The translations under genes were made by a program, and so were the position numbers. A DNA stretch of 63,830 nt, filler included, from Octopus bimaculoides (taxonomy: Eukaryota): the NCBI RefSeq assembly GCF_001194135.2. It is 6 parts of 5 records of this genome, joined end to end, with 100 filler letters (N's around TTAATTAATTAA, not from the genome) between each part and the next. Parts side by side here need not be neighbours in the genome. Positions count along the whole stretch, not along the records: positions 39,597 to 51,417 come from NC_069010.1; positions 51,518 to 56,203 come from NC_069004.1; 4 more parts are not named here. One strand, 5' to 3'. This document shows, one piece after another, positions 39,597-52,074 of the stretch (position 1 is its first letter; each line of letters begins with the position of its first letter). Under the pieces are notes generated by a model. The model worked only from the letters and a program-made list of their open reading frames with translations, had not been told where the DNA came from and made no database searches.

Positions 39597-41745
39597 ACAC
39601 TCACCGTTAAAATTTCCACTTATTTTTATTTTCCTAAAATTTTCGTTGCGTCTTGCAACCTTTTCAAGTCTTGACTCTGTCCGTTATTCACGTTGCGTTC
39701 TGTTTTTGCTTTTCTTTTTTTTTTGTTTTTGCGCATGCGTGTGTCTCAGTGTGTGTATGTATGTACGCATGTATGTGTGCATGTGTGTGTATGTCTGTCT
39801 GTGTGTGCATATGTATATATGTATGTATGTGTGTGTTTGCATGTATGTANNNNNNNNNNTATCTATGTATATTTCCAATTTAGTATTGGGGAAGTTTCAT
39901 TTATAAGGATGTACTCCCGTATTTGCCTTAGAGTTGGGTCTTTTGGGTGCTTGGATAAGATGCGGATGGCAAGTTGACCCAAATTGCCTCCATGCTGGCA
40001 TGTTGGTAGAGTATGGAGGACTGTTTTTGTCGTCATATTGTCTCATATGTTCGTTTAGCCGTTCCGCAATGCTCCTAGATGTTTCACCTATACATGTCAT
40101 ATTCAGGTCTTTACAAGCGCCTTCCATGCATTTTATGCTGTAAACTACATTTATATTTCTGAAGTTAATTCCAGGGCTAATCCTACATACCATGCAGTTA
40201 TCATTGGTACATATGGTATTCTCAAAGGAGTACGTCCTCTATAGCTGTGACCTGGTGGAGTTCCCTGGCTTTTCAACAATCTTAATGTTGAGTTTGGACT
40301 CCTTCAGAGCTTTTCTAAACCTACGCGCTAGTTCTCCATGGGTTGTGGCCTCTACAAACATCACTCCTTGATATCTGTCGGTTTTATACCACGTGTTCGC
40401 CTTGTTGGCTTTGTCACAAATTCTTTGCATTCTATTCCATTCTTTGTTTCTATATCTAGGGCAGGTACCACTGGTATTATTACTTATAATCTTATCTAAC
40501 CTCTTTCTAGCTCCCCTGTATACTCGAACCCTATCTTTCTGATCATATCCAGAGAACTGCAAGCGGTGCATGAAGTTCTGTATATGTTTTTTCGTTTCAT
40601 AGGGTTCTCATAGTGGGGAGATGTTGTTCATTATCCTAACTAAGTCTGCTATCAGTATGTTAATTTTCATGCTGTGTGACAAAGCTGAGTTCTTGTGAAC
40701 GACATGTTTTGAAGCTATGGCTTTCATATAATATGAGCGGAGGAGCTGCACAGTCTCTAACCAAAGTTCAGTATCAAGTACCGGGAGCCTATTGTTGGGG
40801 TGTTTAGACGGGTAATGTATAGTTACCTTGATACTTTGGTTGATGGAGTTAGCTATTTGCTGGATGCTCTCCATTACGTTCCTTTCTGTTTCTACATGAC
40901 CGTCACTAGAGTTGGTCCTAACTATGATATTAATGTCATCTACATATATGCTGTAAAGTAGAAGAGTTGTGGACTGTTCTGCTAACCTATGTTTGAGTTT
41001 TCTGTCCCACCAGGTCATGAAGAGGCCGGCCACATCTCCAGCTACACCAACGCCGATGGCTGTACCTTGAACCTGTATGTATAGTTTAGTTTTTTGTTGA
41101 ACTTTACTATGTGGTTCTTCAAGGTGGTTTTTATACTGGCCCCTATTGCGTGAGCAATCATTTCCTTTACCTGATTGTTGTTGTCAGGGTTTGGGTGGGT
41201 GCAGTCCAGCCACTCCAGCGTTCAGTGGTGCTTTTTTTCACTGCTGAAGTGATGGTGGGTGGTCTTCCCCTCTGTGGCCTGGTGGGGCAGAATCTACTGA
41301 GGTCATGGTCATCTAAATAGTTACTGTCGTAGCTTAGTCTGAGGAACAATAGAGTGCAGCTCCTCTACTCTACACACAAGGAGACAGAGGTACATACATA
41401 CATATACACACATACATTAAAAAAAACACACACACACAAATGCAGAATACATACATACATACATAAATACATACATAAATACATGCAAACACACACATAT
41501 ATACATATATACATACACACACATACATACATATATACATGTGCACACACACAGACACACATACATACACATGCACACATACATGCGTACATACATACAC
41601 ACACACTGAGACACACGCATGCGCAAAAAAAGCAAAAACAGAACGCAACGTGAATAACGGACAGAGTCAAGACTTGAAAAGGTTGCAAGACGCAACGAAA
41701 ATTTTAGGAAAATAAAAATAAGTGGAAATTTTAACGGTGAGTGTG
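39597..41745. mobile_element. Non-autonomous element with about 250-bp terminal inverted repeats and a TTAA right flank (piggyBac-like)
   Basis: acactcaccgttaaaatttccactt...gcgcatgcgtgtgtctcagtgtg (39597-39849) is mirrored at about 41480-41745, followed by TTAA at 41746-41749. The left flank is in a gap. Confidence 0.75.
39880..41350 (-). mobile_element. Penelope-like RT plus C-terminal GIY-YIG fragment (subgroup distinct from the 47-49 kb elements)
   Basis: LYIQVQGTAIGVGVAGDVAGLFMTWWD, YVDD, RLPVLD, linker CTNDNCMVC and VVYSIKC...CIGETSRSIAERLNEH. Frameshifted. Confidence 0.88.
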
Positions 41746-42531
41746 TTAAATTTTAAGGCACGATAAGAAAATGACTCTCCCCAGACACAACAGAATATGC
41801 TTCAACACACGAAATCACATANNNNNNNNNNNNNNNNNNNNNNNNNNNNNNNNNNNNNNNNNNNNNNNNNNNNNNNNNNNNNNNNNNNNNNNNNNNNNNN
41901 NNNNNNNNNNNNNNNNNNNNNNNNNNNNNNNNNNNNNNNNNNNNNNNNNNNNNNNNNNNNNNNNNNNNNNNNNNNNNNNNNNNNNNNNNNNNNNNNNNNN
42001 NNNNNNNNNNNNNNNNNNNNNNNNNNNNNNNNNNNNNNNNNNNNNNNNNNNNNNNNNNNNNNNNNNNNNNNNNNNNNNNNNNNNNNNNNNNNNNNNNNNN
42101 NNNNNNNNNNNNNNNNNNNNNNNNNNNNNNNNNNNNNNNNNNNNNNNNNNNNNNNNNNNNNNNNNNNNNNNNNNNNNNNNNNNNNNNNNNNNNNNNNNNN
42201 NNNNNNNNNNNNNNNNNNNNNNNNNNNNNNNNNNNNNNNNNNNNNNNNNNNNNNNNNNNNNNNNNNNNNNNNNNNNNNNNNNNNNNNNNNNNNNNNNNNN
42301 NNNNNNNNNNNNNNNNNNNNNNNNNNNNNNNNNNNNNNNNNNNNNNNNNNNNNNNNNNNNNNNNNNNNNNNNNNNNNNNNNNNNNNNNNNNNNNNNNNNN
42401 NNNNNNNNNNNNNNNNNNNNNNNNNNNNNNNNNNNNNNNNNNNNNNNNNNNNNNNNNNNNNNNNNNNNNNNNNNNNNNNNNNNNNNNNNNNNNNNNNNNN
42501 NNNNNNNNNNNNNNNNNNNNNNNNNNNNNNN

Positions 42532-42595
42532 ATGCATGGAGACCATAAACGAAACTATATATATATATATAGTTTCGTTTATGGTCTCCATGCAT
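42532..42595. repeat. Perfect 64-bp palindrome centred on (TA)n
   Basis: atgcatggagaccataaacgaaac-(ta)n-gtttcgtttatggtctccatgcat, immediately after a gap. Confidence 0.9.
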
Positions 42596-44526
42596 ATATG
42601 TATATAGGCTGCTGCCTATGGTGATGTTTACTTCCCTCTCTTATTATTCATGTCACTGGAGAATCATTAAGCTTACATGTGTGTGTAGATAGCAGTTGGT
42701 GGCCTATTTAAGACTTAATTGATTCAACTGCACAAAGACATGATAAACAGCAGTAGGCGTCAGGGACAAAGAAACTAGAAAGGCGATAGTGCGATATGCT
42801 AGAAATAACAGCTAAATCACCCTTAAATCATAAACACAAAATACATTCATTTTTGTTTTTGGCTACGTAATCGTATAGGTTCCCGTGTGTAGAACAGGAA
42901 TTCGCAAACATTCTCTAAAAATCCCAAATGAAGAAGTTATGAGGGTTTCATACCACCCAATTATTTCTTTATTTTTAACACACTAGAAAGAACGAAATTC
43001 TTCCGGATCTGTTCCACAAACGCGAACCTTAACACAAACGCACACAAATCACAGCTCGCCCATGGCATAAAGCCGGGGTTAAATGCCGCGTAAATCTTTC
43101 CAACTGCAATCAAAAATACAGGAATAGAAAAAGACGGGATTCCCCAATAGCAACTTTAAAAAGCTGACACATTTTATAACAACTGGTTGTATGCAAGTTT
43201 AACAAGGAGCAGCAACTTGCGTCCGGTCAAACTGACGTATGCTTAATCAACAACGCATGCGCAATGTATGTATTATGTACATCTGAATGTATGACTGTAT
43301 GTATGCATGTATATATTTATTTTTGTATGTGTATCTGTATGTATGTGTGTATATTTGTATGTACGTATGAATGTCTATATGTATGTATATTTGTATATAA
43401 TAAATAAAATATATATCTAAGTCCATTACCTAGTATATATATATATAATAACATATATTTCATATATATATATATATANNNNNNNNNNNNNNNNNNNNNN
43501 NNNNNNNNNNNNNNNNNNNNNNNNNNNNNNNNNNNNNNNNNNNNNNNNNNNNNNNNNNNNNNNNNNNNNNNNNNNNNNNNNNNNNNNNNNNNNNNNNNNN
43601 NNNNNNNNNNNNNNNNNNNNNNNNNNNNNNNNNNNNNNNNNNNNNNNNNNNNNNNNNNNNNNNNNNNNNNNNNNNNNNNNNNNNNNNNNNNNNNNNNNNN
43701 NNNNNNNNNNNNNNNNNNNNNNNNNNNNNNNNNNNNNNNNNNNNNNNNNNNNNNNNNNNNNNNNNNNNNNNNNNNNNNNNNNNNNNNNNNNNNNNNNNNN
43801 NNNNNNNNNNNNNNNNNNNNNNNNNNNNNNNNNNNNNNNNNNNNNNNNNNNNNNNNNNNNNNNNNNNNNNNNNNNNNNNNNNNNNNNNNNNNNNNNNNNN
43901 NNNNNNNNNNNNNNNNNNNNNNNNNNNNNNNNNNNNNNNNNNNNNNNNNNNNNNNNNNNNNNNNNNNNNNNNNNNNNNNNNNNNNNNNNNNNNNNNNNNN
44001 NNNNNNNNNNNNNNNNNNNNNNNNNNNNNNNNNNNNNNNNNNNNNNNNNNNNNNNNNNNNNNNNNNNNNNNNNNNNNNNNNNNNNNNNNNNNNNNNNNNN
44101 NNNNNNNNNNNNNNNNNNNNNNNNNNNNNNNNNNNNNNNNNNNNNNNNNNNNNNNNNNNNNNNNNNNNNNNNNNNNNNNNNNNNNNNNNNNNNNNNNNNN
44201 NNNNNNNNNNNNNNNNNNNNNNNNNNNNNNNNNNNNNNNNNNNNNNNNNNNNNNNNNNNNNNNNNNNNNNNNNNNNNNNNNNNNNNNNNNNNNNNNNNNN
44301 NNNNNNNNNNNNNNNNNNNNNNNNNNNNNNNNNNNNNNNNNNNNNNNNNNNNNNNNNNNNNNNNNNNNNNNNNNNNNNNNNNNNNNNNNNNNNNNNNNNN
44401 NNNNNNNNNNNNNNNNNNNNNNNNNNNNNNNNNTGTATGTATGTGTGTATATTTGTATGTACGTATGAATGTCTATATGTATGTATATTTGTATATAATA
44501 AATAAAATATATATCTAAGTCCATTA

Positions 44527-44934
44527 CCTAGTATATATATATATAATAGAAATATGTTACAAAAACAAAGAAACTACACGTGGAAATGTAAAGGGAAAGT
44601 AAGAAGAAAAATAAGCGAAAATGCACTTTGGAAATAAAAAGGTAAAGGCTTTTTATGAAAAGTAACGATAGATATATACAATTAGATGAACTGAGGTAGG
44701 AATAAAAGTTATAAAAGTCATTATTGTGAATTGTTAAAGAGATTCAAAAGCATACCGGTTTCGTAATGTTACTAATCATTGCTTTGAGTGCACACTGATT
44801 ACTGAACGGTGTCAGGTCTAGTAGTCCCTGAGTAAAAAGATTATGTGTAAGGGATTTGGTGCAATTAGCGTAGATCTAGATCTATAATGTGAATGGTGTA
44901 TGGGATGTATGGGGGTTAGTGGTATTAATTGAAA
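44527..44934 (-). mobile_element. Penelope-like terminal repeat (pLTR family 2)
   Basis: Near-identical to 50487-50915, which continues into a GIY-YIG coding tail. Carries a hammerhead remnant at 44744-44787. Confidence 0.75.
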
Positions 44935-47017
44935 NNNNNNNNNNNNNNNNNNNNNNNNNNNNNNNNNNNNNNNNNNNNNNNNNNNNNNNNNNNNNNNNNN
45001 NNNNNNNNNNNNNNNNNNNNNNNNNNNNNNNNNNGTATGTATGTATGTATGTATGTATGTATGTATGTATGTATGCATGCTAGCTTGCATGCATGCATGC
45101 ATGTATGTATGTATGTTTGTGTGTCTGTGTTTACCCCCAACCCGAACATCTCTCTCTCTCTCTCTCTCTCTGTATCTCTACCTCTACTCACACAAACAGG
45201 AAACGATTTCGGCGCCAAAATTTTCAAAGGGTGACTGCTTTAATGTTTCAAATCTATTCTGCTATCAGGGATTATTATATCTTCTATATATTATATTCAG
45301 TGGTTCTAACAGGTATGAAAAAGATATTTTTGTTTTAATATTATACTTTTACTTGTTTCACACACATATACAAACTAACGTCTTTCTTTTAGATGAATTA
45401 TTTATCATCATTGGTTAATACAAAGATCCTCACCCGAGAACAAAAACAAAAATTAACNNNNNNNNNNNNNNNNNNNNNNNNNNNNNNNNNNNNNNNNNNN
45501 NNNNNNNNNNNNNNNNNNNNNNNNNNNNNNNNNNNNNNNNNNNNNNNNNNNNNNNNNNNNNNNNNNNNNNNNNNNNNNNNNNNNNNNNNNNNNNNNNNNN
45601 NNNNNNNNNNNNNNNNNNNNNNNNNNNNNNNNNNNNNNNNNNNNNNNNNNNNNNNNNNNNNNNNNNNNNNNNNNNNNNNNNNNNNNNNNNNNNNNNNNNN
45701 NNNNNNNNNNNNNNNNNNNNNNNNNNNNNNNNNNNNNNNNNNNNNNNNNNNNNNNNNNNNNNNNNNNNNNNNNNNNNNNNNNNNNNNNNNNNNNNNNNNN
45801 NNNNNNNNNNNNNNNNNNNNNNNNNNNNNNNNNNNNNNNNNNNNNNNNNNNNNNNNNNNNNNNNNNNNNNNNNNNNNNNNNNNNNNNNNNNNNNNNNNNN
45901 NNNNNNNNNNNNNNNNNNNNNNNNNNNNNNNNNNNNNNNNNNNNNNNNNNNNNNNNNNNNNNNNNNNNNNNNNNNNNNNNNNNNNNNNNNNNNNNNNNNN
46001 NNNNNNNNNNNNNNNNNNNNNNNNNNNNNNNNNNNNNNNNNNNNNNNNNNNNNNNNNNNNNNNNNNNNNNNNNNNNNNNNNNNNNNNNNNNNNNNNNNNN
46101 NNNNNNNNNNNNNNNNNNNNNNNNNNNNNNNNNNNNNNNNNNNNNNNNNNNNNNNNNNNNNNNNNNNNNNNNNNNNNNNNNNNNNNNNNNNNNNNNNNNN
46201 NNNNNNNNNNNNNNNNNNNNNNNNNNNNNNNNNNNNNNNNNNNNNNNNNNNNNNNNNNNNNNNNNNNNNNNNNNNNNNNNNNNNNNNNNNNNNNNNNNNN
46301 NNNNNNNNNNNNNNNNNNNNNNNNNNNNNNNNNNNNNNNNNNNNNNNNNNNNNNNNNNTATATCATATCTATAAAAGGCAGATTTTCTCTGTGTGTATAC
46401 ATGCGTATGCACACATTTAAGTATGTGTGAGCGTAAACCTGAGCGCACATTCTCATATATAACATCGATGCACACACGCGAATAAATGCATGGTTTTATA
46501 AATAAATATAAGCATACACTCTTACCCATGCATACACAAAGACGCACACACACGAAATCATTACTGTATGTGCACAAGTGTAAACCTGGTCTCTATACGT
46601 AAGCATAGACGCACACATACGAATGCATAATCAATGCTACAATACAGACATCCACATAAAAAAAAAATTGGGTCTCAGAGTATATATGTAGACAACTTTT
46701 TAAGAAATTGCTGGGTGTAGAAAAGTTAAAATTGGACGAAAATACATGTATAATAGAATTCCATATGTCGAACCGTCCATAAAAAGTTAAATTTGTTTAC
46801 AAAGTGTTTTAAAATAAATACAAATAGAATAGAATAAAGTAAAACAAGAAAAAAGAAAAACTATGCATATAACAGTCGAAGGTTTTCTTAAAATGACGTA
46901 GGGATCTATACATTATTCTTGCAACGCTAAATAAATCATTTATAATGCGGTACCAATCCAATAGTAAGATTGCACAATGGTTACGAGGAGTTAAGCATTA
47001 TCAATAATATATATACA

Positions 47018-48825
47018 CTACCCATATGGTATGTTATTCACCGACATTTTAAATTTGGACGCATGTCTACATGAATTTAAAAGTTCGCGTTTTTGGTTCA
47101 GAGCTTTCTTATCTTGGAATAAGATATGCAACTTTTCCAACAAGCACAACTCACATTTAATTGGTCTTTAATGGGCACCGTGCCTGTAAGGTGATGCTCT
47201 ACCTAAAATCCTCCATGTCACGTTGGAAGGTTGGGCTTAGTTTTCTTTTAATTGCCAGACGTATTTTGCCAGGCTAGTCTTTGTCCTATTTTCGGGGTAT
47301 CTGAAAGAATTTTTGTGCGAATAAGGCCTGGTTTTGAATTAATTTTCAGAAGCCCCTGTGTAAGTTCTATAATCGTGAGAGCCTTCTATCTGGACTTTGG
47401 CTCTATACACGATACCCTTTTCTAGACATCTCCCTTCCAACGGACAGGAGGTTCGATCTCTGCAATTTCATCTTTTTGTAAACGAGTTGGCATTATGGTT
47501 TTTGGCAATTATCTTATTGTTGTGCTGGCTGATCAAAGAGGCGAAGTTTTTGCAGCACGAATAGCTGATCTTAAGCGTTCTTCTATTGAATATTCTGTAA
47601 AACTTATGATCAGGTTGAAAGTGCCTAGAGACTAATTTTAAAATTCCTTACCTATATTAGTTCTTACGGCCATATCGAAAGCTGAGTTGAACCACAAAAC
47701 TTTCCTAGTCCTAGTTCTTCGTGCTGCGCTGCTGCTAGCATTAGACTGGGGGTACTGGATCCTCTCAGAGAATCCACTATTCTTTAAAGCAATATTATAA
47801 GTTGCTGCGTTATGGAATGTTACCTCGTCCGCAGAAACTGACGATATTCGCCTACCTACGTTACTAAGTTTCTAAGAATAACAGGCGGATGGTTGGATTC
47901 TCTGCTAATATTCCTATATTAGTCTATCATTAGGATTCCGGTAAGGTTTAAATATATCTGAATTCAAGTCAAAATTTACATCTATGAAATCTACTTTTTG
48001 AGGTTAGTATCTATTGTAATCCGCAAGCCTATCCTTTGGAAGGAAACTATAAGATCCTTCCTAAACTCATCTAATTCGTGGCCGTTTAAATTTCGGATGA
48101 TTATAAGGCCGTCATCCCTATATAATCCTACGTCTATTAAGGGAAATTCTAGTNNNNNNNNNNNNNNNNNNNNNNNNNNNNNNNNNNNNNNNNNNNNNNN
48201 NNNNNNNNNNNNNNNNNNNNNNNNNNNNNNNNNNNNNNNNNNNNNNNNNNNNNNNNNNNNNNNNNNNNNNNNNNNNNNNNNNNNNAAAGGTCTGGATATT
48301 GATGGGTAAAAATTAACAATATCAAACTGCGTAAATTTGCAGTTATACTTATGGCTAATCCCTTTAAACCAATCTATTACTGACTTATTATTCTTCCAAA
48401 TCCGTAAATTTAAATCACTATCTAACTTAGTTAAAATTCGGTCTAAAATATATTTGCTAATAATCCCTATTTCAGTTTTTGCAGGATTAATTAATCTACA
48501 TTTGGGGTTTCTATTAAAATTGGCTTTATGGTCTTTTAGGGTAATAAAAGCAGGTCGGGGGGAAAGGTATTCTATTCTACCACTAATCTTAAGATTGTTA
48601 GCTATTCTTCTTGCCTCCGAATTCATTTATTTGTATAAATTTGTGTTATCTTTTTTGTATGTATCTGTGATGCTATTCGAATTTAGACGCTTGTAAAGTC
48701 CTTATCAACCGCATATAAGTTTTTTGTCCTGTCGGAATTAACGAAGATCTTATTCGAGTTGTTGATTTCTGTAATTTTTCTTTCATATCTCTCTGTAGAT
48801 GGTTGGTATATTTACGGAATCTAAT
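47018..48825 (-). mobile_element. Penelope-like element, Hydra-like (RT, CxCx5C-type linker, C-terminal GIY-YIG), 5'-truncated and decayed
   Basis: FITLKDHK, CRLINPAK, FDIVNFYPSI, GLYRDDGL, ESNHPP, linker *NCRDRTSCPLEGRC, IVYRA...YTGASE and KCELCLLEK...LNSCRHASKF. The clade name is inferred from the linker spacing. Confidence 0.85.
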
Positions 48826-49590
48826 TATGAATGGGATGATGTTTTCTTTCCTTTTCTTTTTTAGAGTTCCAAGTTGTGTGATGTCCAGTTTCATTGCTCG
48901 TAAGATTCCGTTTTTTATTAAGGTAAGTGGGCGTTTTTGTTCTAGTAGGAAGTTTTTAAGTTCATTTAGTCTTATTTGGCGTGTTTGTGAGTCGGTCAGT
49001 ATGCTGCATATGCGTCTTACCATACTATATTGGATGTTTCTTTATGTGGGATGGGGGTAGGAGTAGAAATTTAAAAATTGATGTGTGTCAGTCTTTTTAT
49101 AGTAGATATCTGTTGTGACGATGGAGTTGTGTATCTTGATGTTGATGTCTAGGAAAGGAAGTTCATTATAGCTGGTTTCTGTCGTGAAGTTCATAGATGG
49201 GTGCAGTGCGTTGAGGATATTGTCGAATGTTCGTAGATCTTCTGATCTGTTCCAAAAGATGAAACAGTCATCGAGGTAGTGTTTCCACTTTTTCTTGATG
49301 TCTTCTCTGAAGTCGTGTTCGAAGATTTTCCCTATTTCCTCGTATAGTTTGTTCTCAAGGAAGCCCATAACCAAGTTGGCATATGAAGGTGTGAATTTCG
49401 TACCCATAGACGTTCCCTTTACTGTCAGTATGCCTTGTTGTTAAATGTGAATATATTTTCTTCAAGTATTACTTGGGTGGCTTTGGTGATAAAGTTTGTT
49501 TTGAAGCAATTGTCTATGAATTCCCTGCAGTTTTCTACCCAGTGTTTCATCGCCACCAGGGTGTGTAAAAAGAGACAAGTCCCTACACAA
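48826..49590 (-). mobile_element. Canonical Penelope-like RT fragment (Neptune/Poseidon-like)
   Basis: GTSMGTKFTPSYANL, HYLDDCFIFW, LPFLDI, DIYYKKTDTHQFLNF and NIIPFI. Confidence 0.88.
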
Positions 49591-50382
49591 AATTTAAATC
49601 TGAAGAATCTATTTGAGTAGATGAAAGTGCTTATATGTGATTTTTAAAAACATGTGACATGTTAATAAATATTTGTGTATGTACAACTATCCAGATCTCT
49701 GAATACCTTATTTTTTCTAGTATATAATATCTGTACATCACCTCCAAACCTTCTAATATATATATATATATANNNNNNNNNNNNNNNNNNNNNNNNNNNN
49801 NNNNNNNNNNNNNNNNNNNNNNNNNNNNNNNNNNNNNNNNNNNNNNNNNNNNNNNNNNNNNNNNNNNNNNNNNNNNNNNNNNNNNNNNNNNNNNNNNNNN
49901 NNNNNNNNNNNNNNNNNNNNNNNNNNNNNNNNNNNNNNNNNNNNNNNNNNNNNNNNNNNNNNNNNNNNNNNNNNNNNNNNNNNNNNNNNNNNNNNNNNNN
50001 NNNNNNNNNNNNNNNNNNNNNNNNNNNNNNNNNNNNNNNNNNNNNNNNNNNNNNNNNNNNNNNNNNNNNNNNNNNNNNNNNNNNNNNNNNNNNNNNNNNN
50101 NNNNNNNNNNNNNNNNNNNNNNNNNNNNNNNNNNNNNNNNNNNNNNNNNNNNNNNNNNNNNNNNNNNNNNNNNNNNNNNNNNNNNNNNNNNNNNNNNNNN
50201 NNNNNNNNNNNNNNNNNNNNNNNNNNNNNNNNNNNNNNNNNNNAATTGAAAATATATCATAAAGTTACTTCCCTTGAATTATTTATTGACGTATTGTTAG
50301 GTTTGAATTTCAGGGGGTTTCATATGTCGCTTCTCAGGGAACAAGCATATATATGCATGCACAGACACAAACACACAGAGAC

Positions 50383-50417
<35 letters not shown>

Positions 50418-50456
50418 CACAGAGGCATAGCTATATGTGCGCAAACATACATAAAT

Positions 50457-50486
<30 letters not shown>

Positions 50487-50490
<4 letters not shown>

Positions 50491-51185
50491 AATAGAAATA
50501 TGTTACAAAAAGAAAATAGAAACAATACGTGGAAATGTAAGGGGAATATAGGAAGAAAAAAGTAAGAAGAAAAATAAGCGAAAGTGCACGTTGGAAATCA
50601 AAAAAAGTAAAGGCGTTTTTATGAAAAGTAACGATAGATATATACAATTAGATGAACTGAGGTAGGAATAAAAGTAATAAAAGTCATTATTGTGCATTGT
50701 TAAAGAGATTCAAAGGCATACCGGTTTCGTAAAATTATTTTTCACTGCTTTGAATGCACACCGACTACCGAACGGTGTCGGGTCTATTAGTCCCTGAGTA
50801 AAAAGATTATGTGTATGGGAGGTAAGTAGTTCTGGATTTGGTGCAATTAGGGTAGATATAAATCTATAATGTGAATGGTGGATGGGATGTATGGGGGTTA
50901 GTGGTATTAATTGAAAGGTTAGTAGTGTTCTGTATTATGTTATGTGTTCATGTTGAGTTGTGGAAGATATTTATTGATGAAAGTTGCCTCTTTATTCATT
51001 CTTTGCTGTATTGATGTGTTCTGTGAACATTGATAGAAGGGGAAAATTAAGATTAAGGTTCCTAGCTCACCTTTCTATGTGTTCACTGACCTGTATCTGT
51101 CTGTATTGTGGATGGCGGATTTGTTCTTTGTGGAGAATGGTTCTTCGACGGAGTGATATTCCTGTTTCGCCAATATACTGATCAC
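50487..51185 (-). mobile_element. PLE 3' end: GIY-YIG tail plus pLTR family 2
   Basis: QYIGETGISLRRRTILHKEQIRHPQYRQ...PFYQ...RMNKEATFINKYLPQLN, followed by the repeat shared with 44.5 kb. Hammerhead remnant at 50709-50754. Confidence 0.85.
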
Positions 51186-51249
51186 CACACTCTATGCATG
51201 TAATGGCATAGAGTAGATTTTCCGAGACACAGGTGAAATTTAATTTAAT

Positions 51250-51360
51250 CTTAAATATTTGGTGGCGGGGCAGCCGATTTGATCGACCCCAGTACGCAAC
51301 TGGTACTTAATATATTGACGCCAAAAGGATGAAAAGAAAAGTCGACCTTTAATAATAATA

Positions 51361-51397
<37 letters not shown>

Positions 51398-51576
51398 TAA
51401 TAATAATAATAATAATANNNNNNNNNNNNNNNNNNNNNNNNNNNNNNNNNNNNNNNNNNNNTTAATTAATTAANNNNNNNNNNNNNNNNNNNNNNNNNNN
51501 NNNNNNNNNNNNNNNNNTAAGCATCTTGTCCGGTATGCTAACTATTCTGCCAACCTGTGCCCATAATAATAATAAT

Positions 51577-51614
<38 letters not shown>

Positions 51615-51655
51615 CGATGACGACGACGACGACGACGACGATAATGATGATGATG

Positions 51656-51714
<59 letters not shown>

Positions 51715-51925
51715 TTTAAATTCTGGCAGAAGGTCAGCAATTTGGCGGGAGATAGGGAAGTCGATTACGTCGACACCAGTATTCAACTGTTATTTATTAC
51801 ATCGACTCCGAAAGGACAAAAGTTTAAGTCGACAAGGTGGAATTTGAACTCAGAACTTGAAGTGGTGCAAAACGTCGCTAAGCAATTTGTCTGGCATCCT
51901 AACGATTCTGCCAGCTCGTCAACTT
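51250..51925 (-). mobile_element. Two family B SINE pieces separated by (AAT)n/(GAC)n/(GAT)n arrays and a gap
   Basis: gatcgaccccagtacgcaactggtactt at about 51280 and aacgattctgccagctcgtc at about 51901. Confidence 0.65.
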
Positions 51926-52074
51926 AGGAATAAGTTGTAGATACGGTTCTCACGTGTTCAGCATTCTTGTCTTTTCTGTTTTAGAATATATAACACTGGA
52001 TTTTAAATAGAACACCTGAACTGTTATCCTCTTCTGGATATACTTAAGATTTTTCCGGCTGAGATCGATATACT

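Noticed and set aside
43080-43115. Minus-strand IAVGKIYAAF, resembling the pre-IQ motif of voltage-gated calcium channels
   Set aside because: The following residues (NPGFMPW) do not continue the IQ motif and no other channel exons were seen.
43320-44545. About 110-bp direct repeat on both sides of a gap
   Set aside because: Near-identical sequence flanking an N-run is most simply an unmerged contig overlap.
51526-51927. Poly-Asn/poly-Asp ORF
   Set aside because: (AAT)n(GAC)n(GAT)n microsatellite joined to an antisense SINE.
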